A DNA stretch of 57,382 nt from Seison nebaliae (taxonomy: Eukaryota). A model generated the notes under the pieces. It did no database searches, was not told where the DNA came from, and saw nothing but the letters and a program-made list of their open reading frames with translations. The stretch covers positions 1-57,382 of the forward strand of contig JALJEE010002904.1 in the NCBI GenBank assembly GCA_023231475.1, in the 5' to 3' direction. Below, one piece after another: positions 11,774-24,551 of the stretch (the stretch's first letter is position 1; every line of letters starts with the position of its first letter). The position numbers and the translations under genes were made by a program.

Positions 11774-14700
11774 CCATCATGTTTTTCGTCCGAAAAATCT
11801 TCCTCATGAAATAATCTTCCTCTAAATCTGTCTCTCGTCAAACAGATTGACAAATGAGAAAGATGCGAATAAGTTTCACCTTATGCAATCGTCCTCCATT
11901 CTTTAACTCAATTTACCTTGAGTGAGCTTCCTCTTCTGCTTAAATAGATATTATCTTTCTCTATTTTATCCATCAGTCTAACATTTCATTACGGTTCCCG
12001 TGCAAAATTCATTCCTTTCATTTCTCTATCTTCGTCTCCAGTCTATTATCATGGACATTTCCATATATTTGAAAAGGACAATAAAAGATAATAATGACGA
12101 ACAAGAACAACAAGCATTTCTGCTTCATCAACTTGAAAGGGGGTAAGTTGCTAATGAAATTCCATATCAAACTCTTCATTTCAACAATACAATCAGATCG
12201 ATTATCTCTAAAGAATTACACTGATCTTTTCTCGCCATTTGAATGTTCGTCAATAACCTTTTCTAATTCCACTTCATTCTACCTTTCCTTCTTTAACTTA
12301 TCATCATTCGATATCACATAGTTTCGAATAAGAAATTTTTATTAGTTCATTAAATATCATTCTCTTTCAGTCATTTACTCCTTAACTACATAATCTTTAT
12401 GAGACGACTATTTCTAATAGAAATGCAAATCAATCGATAATAAACGATTCTTCTTATGAGAGACAAATATAATAGTAGTATTAAAAAAGAAGAAAAAAAC
12501 AATATTCATAAAAACCTTTCCCAGATAATTTCTTTTGAGATAAGTTAATTTGAAAGAAATATTCATCAAGAAAATGTGTGTCTAATCTAAGATTCATCTT
12601 TTAAAGATAAGCAGCTTTCGTGCAACGATTTAGGAGAATTCAATAGAATTTATTAACCGTCATTCTATCACCATACAATTTATTCATCATTCATACTTCT
12701 CAAGATTAGCTAGTAGGCAAACTTATTATCTTCATCTCAAAAGAAATTCATTTGGAAAGTTGCTAATATTCATCTAACATAAGTGAAATTACATGTCTAA
12801 AAGAATTACGAGAAAGGAACATTCTTATTCTTATTCTTCTTCTTCTTTTTGTTCACCATTGCCAGTTAGCCATATATCCTTCAAACTTGTCGCCATATTC
12901 ACCTATACAATTTTAGCGCATATAAACTCTCTGGGGTAATGTCAAACAATATAGAAATGAAAAGAATAGAAATCTTTTACCTGGTTTGTACAACCTGCAT
13001 TCTATATATCAATCAATTCGTTTCAGAGATTATGAAAGGAATATTCCATTTTTTTTTATTGGACGACTACAATTAGTTACGCTAAAGTTATTAGACGAAT
13101 GAATATGGTAGTTATATAATTCTGTCGAATTTCATGATATATGTCACAATTCGTTTTCAATTTGTGCTTTTGAGCAAATTTTTACTGTCAAACAAATAAA
13201 ACGGCTAATAAAAAGAAGGAAGGAATGAGAGAAGAGAAATTAATAAAGAATGCAAAAGAAATTTAGTTTGTTCAGAAAATATGAGAATTGTGACGATATT
13301 TACGAATAGTTTCCGTTTCAATTAGATGTCAATCCGTTATCATTCTAATTATTTTCCTTCTGCTAATCATGTGAAGAAGGGGGAAGAAGAGGGAAATCTT
13401 TTTCAGAGAAATTCCACCAACTTTCTCCCAACTCCGATTAGCAAATTTGGTGGTAAGTAGTTATACTTAATTTTTTATTCATTCCTGATGCATGGTAATG
13501 TTACTGGTACGGAAAATGCGGAAAGAACTCTAATTTTTTTTAATGTACAAAACTTCTTCAATTAGACTCCAACTTTCCCCAAATTGTATGAAGAATATTC
13601 CTCAATAAAATTACTTCGATTAAGTAACTTTCTTATCTTCCCAACACATTTACTTACGTCCACATCCGTCAGGTTCACAACATTGTTTACCAGTTTTTAT
13701 GAATAATTCTCATTTTAACAAAATGTAAATATTTGAGAAGTTACAATAAGTAGAGGAAGATTATATTCAGTTCAACAAACCATAAGAGATTTCTTTATAG
13801 AATATCTTATGCAGATGGATGGCCTCCATTACATTATATCATATCTTACTTCATCTTCACATTTGTGTGAACTGTTGGGAAAACATTCATCTTGAGAGGA
13901 AGAAAACATAAACGATAGTTATAAATTGATATGTCTTAAAATTGAATAATAAATCAACAGAAAGTGGCACCATTTTCATTAACGGAATCAGGAAAAATAA
14001 GATGAAAATGAAAGTTATGAACTACCTTCAAATTAGCCCAGAAAGAAAAGAAACTAAATGAATTTATTTTAAGTAGACGAATGAGGAAATGAGACAGTTG
14101 CGAAAAAATAATATTAACAGACAAATATTTAACGAAATATTTAAAATTAAGAAATTTCTGTCGAAATAGAATTATCGATTGAAAAAAGTAGAATATGAAG
14201 ATTATAATTTTTATAAATTTGAAGCAAAAAGTTAAACGAAAATGTCTTCTAATTTCAGGAAGTTCAGCTAAAGTTAGAATCGATGGAATAAGTCGTTTGG
14301 TTGCCTGTCGTTATAATTATATATCTCGTATATTCTATGAAATGTACATAAATTCCTTTTGGACATGTATATAGATAGACATTCGATACCATCAGATAAA
14401 GGACATCGACGGTGTTTAATTATATTTTAATTTCCATATAGTTCGTTTTGTAAACTTCGCATATCGTTGATTGTTGTGTTCAAAATGAAATTATGATAAA
14501 ACTGACGAGAATAATATAGGAAACGAACATCGTTAACGATTAGTTGGAGAAAGAACAATACCATCATCTGAGTCGTGCTACTGAATTGTTTGGAGGATGG
14601 AAATAATAAATTGAAAGATGATCGATCATTCTCTTTCATTCTTTTTGTAGTAGGAGCTGTTATAGAAGGACTGCTTGTTGATTATTATTATTGTTATTAT

Positions 14701-15368
14701 TGCACCATTACCCTCCAGTTAGAATGCACCGAAACTGCATAAAAAACAAGAAGACCAATAATACGTTGTTCTTTTTATGTAATCGTATTTTATAGTTTAT
14801 TGCTGATAACTTTCTCCAATGTCATAACAAGTATGGTTAGAACATGCTCATTCTAACTATCGATCGTCCTGTTCCTCTTATTTCGTCTAAATGAAGAATA
14901 TGCTCTACTAAAATAATGTATCTATTTCATTTAATTGAATTAATTCGAATGAAATATATTCTCGTTCTGTATTATTACAACTCGTCTCCCCATTTCTCCC
15001 ATCCTTCAATTCTTCTACCTAATAATTTTACCTTATCTTCTCCTCCAACTAACTTTATTCATTGTCAATCTTTCTTTCCAATTGTCGAGTGAAACTCATC
15101 AAAACCCATTCTATTAGTATTGGTGTAAATTAACAAGCAGTTACACAAATTTAATGTTCAATATAGAGTGATAATTGAAAAAAAATTGAAGTGATTCAAA
15201 ATTTATGGGAAAATTATTTTTTCGTTGAATAATAAATTTTAAAAAATAAGAGAAATTTTATTTGAAACAGATTAATTTCCGTTTATATGAATTTGTCATT
15301 AGTCGTTTATGATTTACATGGAATTACTTAATTTAATTCTTCTCATCAATAGTCAATGATCATAACAA

Positions 15369-18300
15369 ATGTCAGTAACTTACAGAGGAGGATGTAACAA
15401 TCGAAATCTTATCCTAATAACAATTTTTCAATTATGCAAAATTTCTGCACAAACATCTTCCTTCCGCTCTTATGCTACTCTGGAAGGCGACGTCATGATT
15501 GGAGCACTATTCTCAATTCACGATCCACCAACAACACCATCACAACGATCGGATCGACTTTGTTCCTCTACAATTCGAGAACAATATGGAATCCAACGAG
15601 TGGAAGCGGCAAGAATGCTTTGGAAAGAAATCAATGATCCGATCAACGGAATTTTGAAATCACAAACTGGATTTACAATGGGAATTGAAATCAGAGACAC
15701 TTGTTGGTTTTCATCAATCGCTTTGGAGCAAGCCATTGAATTTATTAGGAATACTTTAATGACAATTAGAAGACAACCGTTAACGGTTCGACAGAAACGT
15801 TTGATAGAGACTCGATTATTCACTCGATTAACACGCGATATTCGAATGAATATGGGGAATAATGATATGAAGCCAATTGTTGGTGTAATCGGACCCGGTT
15901 CTTCAGACGCGACGATTTATGTCCAAAGTCTATTACAATTATTTAATATACCTCAAATTGGATTTTCTGCTACATCGTTGGAATTGTCAACGAAAGAAAA
16001 ATTTCCTTATTTTCTTCGCGTTATTTCGTCTGATAATATGCAAGCACAAGCTATTGCTGATATTCTTTATCATTTCAATTGGACTTATATTTATGCGGTT
16101 GGGACACAAGGTTCTCTTTTTCGTTTAAATTCAATTAAATTTAAATTCATTCTTTAAATGAAAGGTAGTTATGGAGAGAAAGGTATCGAAGCACTTCAAC
16201 ATTATGCAAGTGAAAAGAATGTCTGTTTAGCGAATGCCAATCAAAAACCATTGATTGTTGATAGTGCCTCATCATCGAAAGTTTACGATGAAATTATTAA
16301 GAAAGTTCAACAACAGAAAAATTGTAAAATCATCGTTTGTTTCTGTCAAGTTACTGATTTTTCTCAATCAATAAATAGAATAATAATAAAACGTCATTAA
16401 GGGAGAAGCGATAACGAAATTGTTGGAAGCGAAAGAAAAACTGGAGGATAAAGGACGAAATTTTAAAATTATCGGTTCAGACGGTTGGGCTGACAGATTG
16501 GAACTGATTAAAGATTTTGATGAAGCTGCACATAATTCTATATCTGTTAAAGTCACTTCGGCACCGGTAGCACGCTTTCAAGAATATTATTCAAGACTTA
16601 AACCTGAAATAGTTTCACCAATGGAGAATCCATGGTTTAATGAATTTTGGACACAGAAGTTCAATTGTACACCAACTGACACTAATTGTAGAAGTTGGAG
16701 AATTTCTGTTTATTTTTAATTATTATGAGAATTTAAAGAAAAACAATTACCCGAAATCTCTGCAATGGATCCCAAACTTGGTTTTGTTATGAATGCCATT
16801 CTAGCAATGGCTCATGGCTTGAAAAATATGCATACCGTTTTATGTAAGGAGAAAGGGAAACCATGTGAACAGATGCAAGTAATTAATGGTACACTATTGA
16901 GAGATATGTTAATGAAAGTTAATTTTGCTGGTGTTACTAATGATATGATACATTTCGATCCAAACGGTGATCCACCAGGAAAGTTAATTCGTTATTCTTA
17001 TTCGATAAAAATTCATAACTTTTCTAATTATAACCATGCTGTTAATAGATATGATATTTTGAGTTATCAAAGTCAATCAGATAAGTTTTCGGATAATTAT
17101 TCAAATGGAAAAACTCGTAATAAGAGATTAGGACAGTACAAATTGATAGGTGTTTGGGACAGTCAACTACCAAGAAATTATCGATTGATTCTCAACGATT
17201 TCATTCGGAATTTAACGGTAATTGACGACATTAGTTTTAGTCGTTGTTCAGAAGAATGTAAATTTGGAGAGAAAAGAGTTTAAATTAACTTTCTCTCATA
17301 TAATTCCTTTTAATTTCATTTTATACAATTTCTTTAATTTTCTTCTAATCGTTTTGTAATGGATAGGTAGTAAGTGAAGCGAAATGTTGTTGGTCTTGTG
17401 AAGAATGTGAACGGGACGAATATTTGGAAAATTCGTTTACTTGTAGAAAATGTCCGATCGATCAAATCCCTCATGTAAACATGAAACATTGTATAAAACC
17501 GAAGATAACATACTTGCAATGGCATGATGTTGGAGCGATAATCTCTCTAATATTTGCAACTTGGGGAATCATTTTATCATTATTCATCGCCATCATTTTT
17601 GCAATTCATAATAATACGAGTATTGTCAAATCGACGACGAGAGAACTGTCTTACATAATTATCGGAGGAACTTTCATTTGCTATATTTGTACTATTTTCA
17701 TGTTAGCCGAACCACATCCATTCTTATGTACGATAAACCGCAGTCTACCATCAATTGCATTCAGTATGATTTATGGTGCGTTAGTCACTAAAACGAATCG
17801 AATACTTCGCATATTACAAGCTTCGAAAAAGATACGAATGAAAAAATTGAATTGTGTATCATTGACATCTCAAATCATTATCACATTATTCATCATTTCC
17901 ATAGAATTGTCCATCATAGTTGTAGTACTCTATATCGAACCACCAATCGTCCATTATCGAATGGTATTTGGAAAGAAGAATACCATCAATAATGAAATAA
18001 GTGCGAACTTATCAATCCCATATTTCCATGACGAGAAAATTATGGAATGTAAATCTACTAAATTTAGCGTTCTCGTTCCATTATCATTCGATTTCTTCCT
18101 CTTATTCATGTGCACTTTATATGCAATTAAAACTAGAAATGTCCCCGAGAATTTTAATGAAGCCAAATTTATCGGATTCAGTACTTATACTACTTGGGTG
18201 ATTTGGATTGCTTTCATCATCATTTATTTCACCTCAGATAACAATAAAATTGTTACATTATGTATCTGTGTCTCATTGAGTGCATATGTCGTGCTCATTA

Positions 18301-19364
18301 TTTTATTCTGTCCAAAATGTTATATTATTCTATATAGACCTGAAAAAAATCAACGAGCAGCATTCGCCACAGCCAAAGGTGTTCGATGTCACATTGGTGC
18401 AAGTACAAGTAACTTAGCTAACAATTCAACAGTTCCCCATCAATCAAATTATCTTCATATCAGAAAATTATCATACGATTCGAAATTATTCAGAAGTACA
18501 TCATTAAAACGGTTTTCTTCCTTTTTTCATAAACAAAAATTTTTCATTCCATCATCAATTTTCAGACCTATCATTACCTCATATTCGGCGAAAGGATCTT
18601 TACAGAATTTTAAGAAGAAGAATTTATCATTGAGTTTGTTAAAATTATTTCGAATATATTTCCAAAAAGAAGAAAAGAAATGTGCGGAAACAAAACCGGT
18701 AACACCACGAAGATCACACACGATAAATCATGCTTTTGTTAATATAATTGAACGATCGAATTCTGTTCAGAATCCTTATTTTCCCAAACAGAATAATACT
18801 ACACAATCCTTATTAACAAATACAAAATTGCCAATTATACCAATTCGACGAAATTCAAGTGAGAGTCGTTTACAACCGATAACTAAATCGATTCAAACGG
18901 AACCGACCTCATTATTTGATAAATTTATACACATAAATTCTGAAGATGATGATTATGTCGATCGAAGTAATAGTTTCGACACATATCCTAAAGTCTATTC
19001 ACAAGGACAATTGTATCGTCTGAGCGAATTGAGTAATTTACCAGACAGTGAATTAATTCAGTTGAAAAATATAATGCCAAACAAACATCGAGGTAGATCG
19101 TTCGATACGACTACCATCGAAAATGATATGACATCGTCCGTCTTTAATAATTCTTTCATTGAACATTATCCAAAAGCGAAAAGGAAAAGTCATTCCGTTC
19201 GTAAAAATCGTAAATACCAACCATCCAGGAATCAGGATTTACTTACATCAATTCTCCATATTCATCCTGCTACCGATAGTTCCATCGACATTCTCAATGA
19301 ACCAGTTACCTTTTTTCTTCTCCTACTACAAATTATTCTTATTTCAATAGATGATTTTCAATAG
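15369..19364 (+). CDS. Metabotropic glutamate receptor, group I (GRM1/5)-like class C GPCR
   Basis: Venus flytrap motifs QYGIQRVEA, GPGSSD, IPQIGFSATS, GSYGE, CFCQG, IGSDGWADR, DPKLGFVMNAI; Cys-rich CCWSCEEC; 7TM with TRNVPENFNEAK. Introns 16111-16164, 16350-16401, 16694-16738, 16983-17048, 17278-17366; exact 3' end uncertain. Confidence 0.93.
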
Positions 19365-20375
19365 ATTCTCTGATCATTGTACAAACACTTCCAATACTTT
19401 GAATTATGCGAGAAAGTATAGAACTTAATAAGCGATATCTTCCGATATTCCGATCAATTCGACAATACTCATTCAACTCATTCCGGTAGAATTACCCTTC
19501 GTACCTCCGATTGAATCTGAACGAATAACTGAAACTTTTTATAAATTTTGTTGATAACCAATAAAATATGGTAAATCAAATATTTCTTTTCTAAATTTAT
19601 TATATATAACATATTATATTATAAGATCAAATCCCCTCGAGGTAAATTAAAAGGAAAAAAAATAATCGGACAAAATTCAATTTTTTTTAAATGCCCATAA
19701 TTTTCTTCAAATAACATTCTATGCGTAAAGGAGCATATCGTTAGATAAATATATACCTCTTTCTAATAATCCTAACTCTCAGGCAAATAAATGTTAAATT
19801 CGGTCTCAAATGATCGATTAATTAACAAAGTTAATTTTTCTCTATTTTTGAGATTCGAAAATCACATTTTAAGTGGTTAATCTTAAAGAAAAGTTTAATC
19901 TAACAATTGCGTAAGTAAAATATTCGATTTCATCATGAAAAAACGATACAGAATAAAAAGAAAAATTTTTTAATTTTCATTAGTTACCTAATTATTGAGC
20001 ATCTTTCGAAAGCGGTTTTTTTGCATTAACTAAGAAATTTTAGTGATTAATTAAATTTTCTCACACGGACGATTTAGAAAGTTTATTTTTTCGCCTTTTT
20101 AAACATTAAAAAGCTATATGTAGAATAATCTCGGTTATTCTCTGCTATAACTGATTGATGAAAAATTATTTAATAATTTTTATTATAATTATGAATATAA
20201 TTATATAAATATAAAGCTTAAATGTGAATCAGTGAATCGGAAGTTTGAACCTAATTGGAATTGTATTAAGAAGGAAAAAAAATAAAGAATAATGACCTTT
20301 TACTAATTGGAAAGTATAAAAATTAGCTAATCCTCAAAATAAGAATTAATACACTTCTCTAACAAAAGTGAAGAT

Positions 20376-20823
20376 ATGCAGGATGAGCAAAATTCAAGGA
20401 AAGCAGCAGCTCTTGAAAGTAAAAAGAAACGTATTTTCTCGAAAGAAAGTTTAAATTCTTATTATTTACGATGTTCACGAAGAATATTTAGTAAAAAATA
20501 TGATGACGGCATTTGGTGACCAAGCTCCACCTAAACCAGAAAGTGTGGAATTGATCGAATGCATGACAATGGATTACCTTAAACAAATGGTTCTAATTTA
20601 TTCTCAATTTTTCATTATTCATTCAAATCAACAGATCCTGAAAGCAGTTGAAATTAATGGACATAATCGAATTACGTTAGACGATGTTTTGTTCGTTGTC
20701 GCTAATGACGTACCAAAATATACTCGAATTAAAGAACTATTAGAAATTAGTGAAAAGATCCGTATGGCTAAGGCGATGATGGAGAAATTGGATGATGCTG
20801 ATAATCAACAAATACCTAAATAA
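20376..20823 (+). CDS. TAF13: TFIID subunit 13
   Basis: KKRIFSKEIKNMMTAFGDQAPPKPESVELIE...DDVLFVVANDVPKYTRIKELL; introns 20449-20491, 20590-20634. Confidence 0.88.
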
Positions 20824-20858
20824 AAAAATTAGCTCAGCAATTGTGTCGATTGAGAAAT

Positions 20859-21647
20859 ATGTGGATCGTTACGCTTCTGTCTTTTCTTCATACAATTTAC
20901 ATTTACAAATATGTAGTACCTGATGAATGGAATGACAGTGGAAATTTACCAGAATCTCTCGATTATAACTTATGTGTTACATGTCTCATTTATTTTACTC
21001 TTCTTCTCCTACTATTTTCCAAAGGGAAAGTTTCTAATTTATTTAATTCGGAAAAAACACAACATATTTAAATGTATTTTTAAAGTTCAATAAATTTTTT
21101 TTTACGAACATTATCCAAGTTTTTCTTCTCACTTATCTCATCTTATTTCTGTATGGAGCAATTGTATTTTGGTTAAATTTCCTTTTCGAAAAACAACAAC
21201 AGCAACATAATTTTGTATTTGACAGTTACGGAACTTTCTCACTAACATTGATCATCGTTTCCTCACTACTTCACAAGATTTCCCATAAAGAATATTTCGA
21301 TTGCAAATCCACCGATTTCTTAATACGACTTTTGGAGGATGAGAAAGTTTTGGAGAATTCACAAATTTTGAGTATTTTCGGTTGTTGGTTAGGTGCCTTC
21401 ACTATTCCTCTCGATTGGGATCGGCCTTGGCAAGTTAGTTAATTTGTTGACTTATCAAATCTTATTTTTTTTCTCATCCAAGTTGTGGCCTTTAGCCTTG
21501 ATATTAAGTCACCATCTCGTTTATTTAGGTAGTGAATTATTTTTTATGTCTATGAAAATTATTCGGAAACAGATGGAAGAAAAAAATCAGAATATTTTTA
21601 TAGATAAATTATCTCGTTTGAAAAAAATTATTTTAAAGTCAATTTAA
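20859..21647 (+). CDS. PIGF: GPI-anchor biosynthesis protein PIG-F/Gpi11
   Basis: Multi-TM protein with signature GCWLGAFTIPLDWDRPWQ|LWP; introns 21030-21085, 21172-21225, 21434-21482. Confidence 0.85.
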
Positions 21648-21938
21648 TTATGTGATGAACGATGGAAACAATTAGTTTAATTTGATATAAAACTTTATAT
21701 ATAAATCACCTGACTTATAATTATATTCTAATTAAATTAATTGTTCTTTAATTATTAATTTCTTTTTTTGCTTGTCGAAAATATTCTTTCTAATTTAATC
21801 TAATAATTCTCTCAAAAATTAGTCTAACTAATTTGATGTTTATATATTTCATTTGTTCCTAAATAATTTCATTCAAATTTCCATCAAATTCTTTTCCCAT
21901 TAAATGTCAAATCATATTATTTTGAATATTTCGAATAG

Positions 21939-22584
21939 ATGTTTTCAAATAAACTTTCAATATTTCTCTTCTTCATCTCCTTCTGTTCAATTTATTCTTC
22001 AAAATTCTACAAATCATCAATAAAAAAACCAGTTAGAATTTCTCTTATTTATCAATTTTTGAATTTTTCTGTTGTTATAGTCATGGGAGAATTGTTATTC
22101 GAATTCTCCGATGTTCGTCCAAAATTTGACATTTCCTGATCCGCTCTTAATTAACAGAGACAACACCTTCTCTATTACACTCGATCAAAAACGAACAATC
22201 GATTCTCCTTTGAAAGTTGGATGAGTAAGTTTTTCATAATAAAATTCTCTTTTGTTTCAGGGAAAACTTGAAATTGAATACAAAGTTGGTCCGGTCTATG
22301 TGGAGATTCCATGTATTGACGATTATGGCAGTTGTACGTACGATGATTTATGTAAACGTTTGGAATCGGTGCAATGTCCACCTGAATTGAAGGAACAACA
22401 TTTCAATTGTACTTGTCCTATCATTGGACCGAATATCGTCCAAGTCAATAATATAACTTTACCTCTCCATCCACCTGCAAAACTTTCTATTCCAACTGGC
22501 GATTATAAATTAAAACTGTCTGTCGATAATGAGAAAGATCATATGTTCTGTCTGGAAGTATTTTTCAAAATTGAAAACGATTAA
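21939..22584 (+). CDS. GM2A: GM2 ganglioside activator-like ML-domain lipid-binding protein
   Basis: Signal peptide, SWENC, PDPL, VEIPCIDDYGSCTYDDLC, CTCP, GDYKL; introns 22032-22080, 22216-22260. Confidence 0.85.
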
Positions 22585-22802
22585 ACTAATCACATTAATT
22601 AATCAGTTTCTCTTAAAATAAATCCTTCAGTTTATTTCATATTTGAAAAAATAGTAATAGTTTCTTATGAATAAAATTATGAATAAGATCAGGTCGTAGA
22701 AGATATGTGAAAAGAGAATTTCTTAAAGAAAAAAAAAAGCTAAAATAGATTATTACATTAATAATGACATCCCAATAAATCATTTAGGTGAAGATGCACA
22801 TA

Positions 22803-23706
22803 TTAGTTGTTTCCATTTTCTGTTTCGTCAAAATTAACTCGATCTTCTTCATCATCTTCCTCATTTTCAGTATTCGCGTCGCTTTCTTTTTCATCTTCAT
22901 CATCTTCATCATCTTCATCATCTTCATCATCATCATCATCATCATCATCATTCTTATCTTTATCTTTATCTTTATCGTCATCATTGTCTTTTTCGTCTTC
23001 TTCGTCTTCTTCGTCTTCTTCTTCGTCTTCTTCTTCTTCTTCGTCTTTTTTATTTTTATTGTCTTCTTCGTCTGATTCATCTGATTCGTCCGATTCATCA
23101 GATTCGTCAGATTCTGTTTCTTTATTTTGTTTTTTATTTTTTTCTTCATTTTTATCTTCTTCGTACTTATATTTTTGTACCTTCCTATCATCTTCATCGT
23201 TATCTTCGGTATCGGCTTCATATTCTTTATCGTTATTGGCGAGCTTTTTTAAATCAGGAACGATTATTGCATCTTCATCATTAAACCATTTAATTTTTTT
23301 CGGTTTATCTGTAGTGTCAACTTCAGGTGGCTCGTCAGGATCTTCTTTTTCATCTTCTTTTTCTGAATTGGCATCTTCTTTTCCTGAATAATCCTCATTA
23401 CTCACCATTTCATCCTTGTTCTTATTATCGTCTTCATGCTCTTCCCTGTCTGAATAATCTTCATCGTCTCCGTTAGAGTTTTGTTCTTCTTCGGCTTCCT
23501 CTTCTTCATCATTGTCTACACTTTCATCGCCCGAACCTTTATTTTTTTCTTCATCACTTTTAAAATCATCTTTTTCATTTTTCCCTCTAGATTCATTTCC
23601 TGATTCATCACCAGAGTTTTCTTTTCGAGATTCGTCACCGGAATCCTTTCCTGAGTTCTCATCAGACTCTTCTTCTTTAATTTTTTTCTTTTTTTTTGTT
23701 TCTTCT

Positions 23707-23738
<32 letters not shown>

Positions 23739-24235
23739 TTCTTCTTCCTCATCATTTTCTTCACTATCCCCACTATCCTCAGCACTGGAATAATCATATT
23801 TTTCCTTTTTATATTTAGGCTCTTGATTGTTTTGATAAGAGTTATCGATCGGACGGAGTTTTTTATTACCAGACTGAAAAATGTCGTATCGATAATCTTC
23901 CGCAATTGGTGAATCGGGTTTCACATCTTCCGTCTCCTCATCCTCATCCTCTTCTTTATTATATTTATTTTTCTTTCGATTCTCATTGAATATGCCTTCG
24001 TCTTCAGATCCTTGCTCTACCCTCTCAGCAACACGATAATTGTGGTCATGATTATTGGAATAAGCGATACCCACAATTACCACCACGGTAAATAAGAAGA
24101 CACATCCTAAAATAATTGCCCCACTACGTGATTTTCTATATCTGATATTCATATTATTCGATCATATAAAATAAATATAATGTTAAATAACCTCGATTGT
24201 TCATCATCGATCAAACGGAAATTCTGGATACTCAT
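22803..24235 (-). CDS. Type II membrane protein with a very acidic (Asp/Glu) ectodomain, ~460 aa
   Basis: Exon 24235-24192, intron 24142-24191, long ORF to 22803; short basic N-terminus, single TM (AIILGCVFLFTVVVIVGIAY), poly-E/D tracts. Confidence 0.75.
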
Positions 24236-24551
24236 CTTACTTCAAAATATTATGACGAAATTTTCTTCTTTTTTAAAAATTTGACGAATGAAATTAGATA
24301 AGTCGCTACATTGGAGCTCATTCGAATCATATATTACTTTCAATGATGTCATGGGATGATGACATCACCCAATGGGGAAATTGAAGGATTTTATTGGACG
24401 TTTATGTTAATAATATTGGGATTAAAAGAAATTGAAAAGAAAAGTTGAATTTATTTAAATTAATTTTTGATGGATGATGGATATCGAAAGGACGAATGAA
24501 TAATGAGTAAATTTTCTTAAGCAAAATTCTTAAACATTTATTTTCATCTAT

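Noticed and set aside
22784..23905. Poly-Ser, poly-Phe/Ile and poly-Lys/Met ORFs overlapping the acidic gene
   Set aside because: Shadow frames of GAA/GAT-rich low-complexity coding sequence
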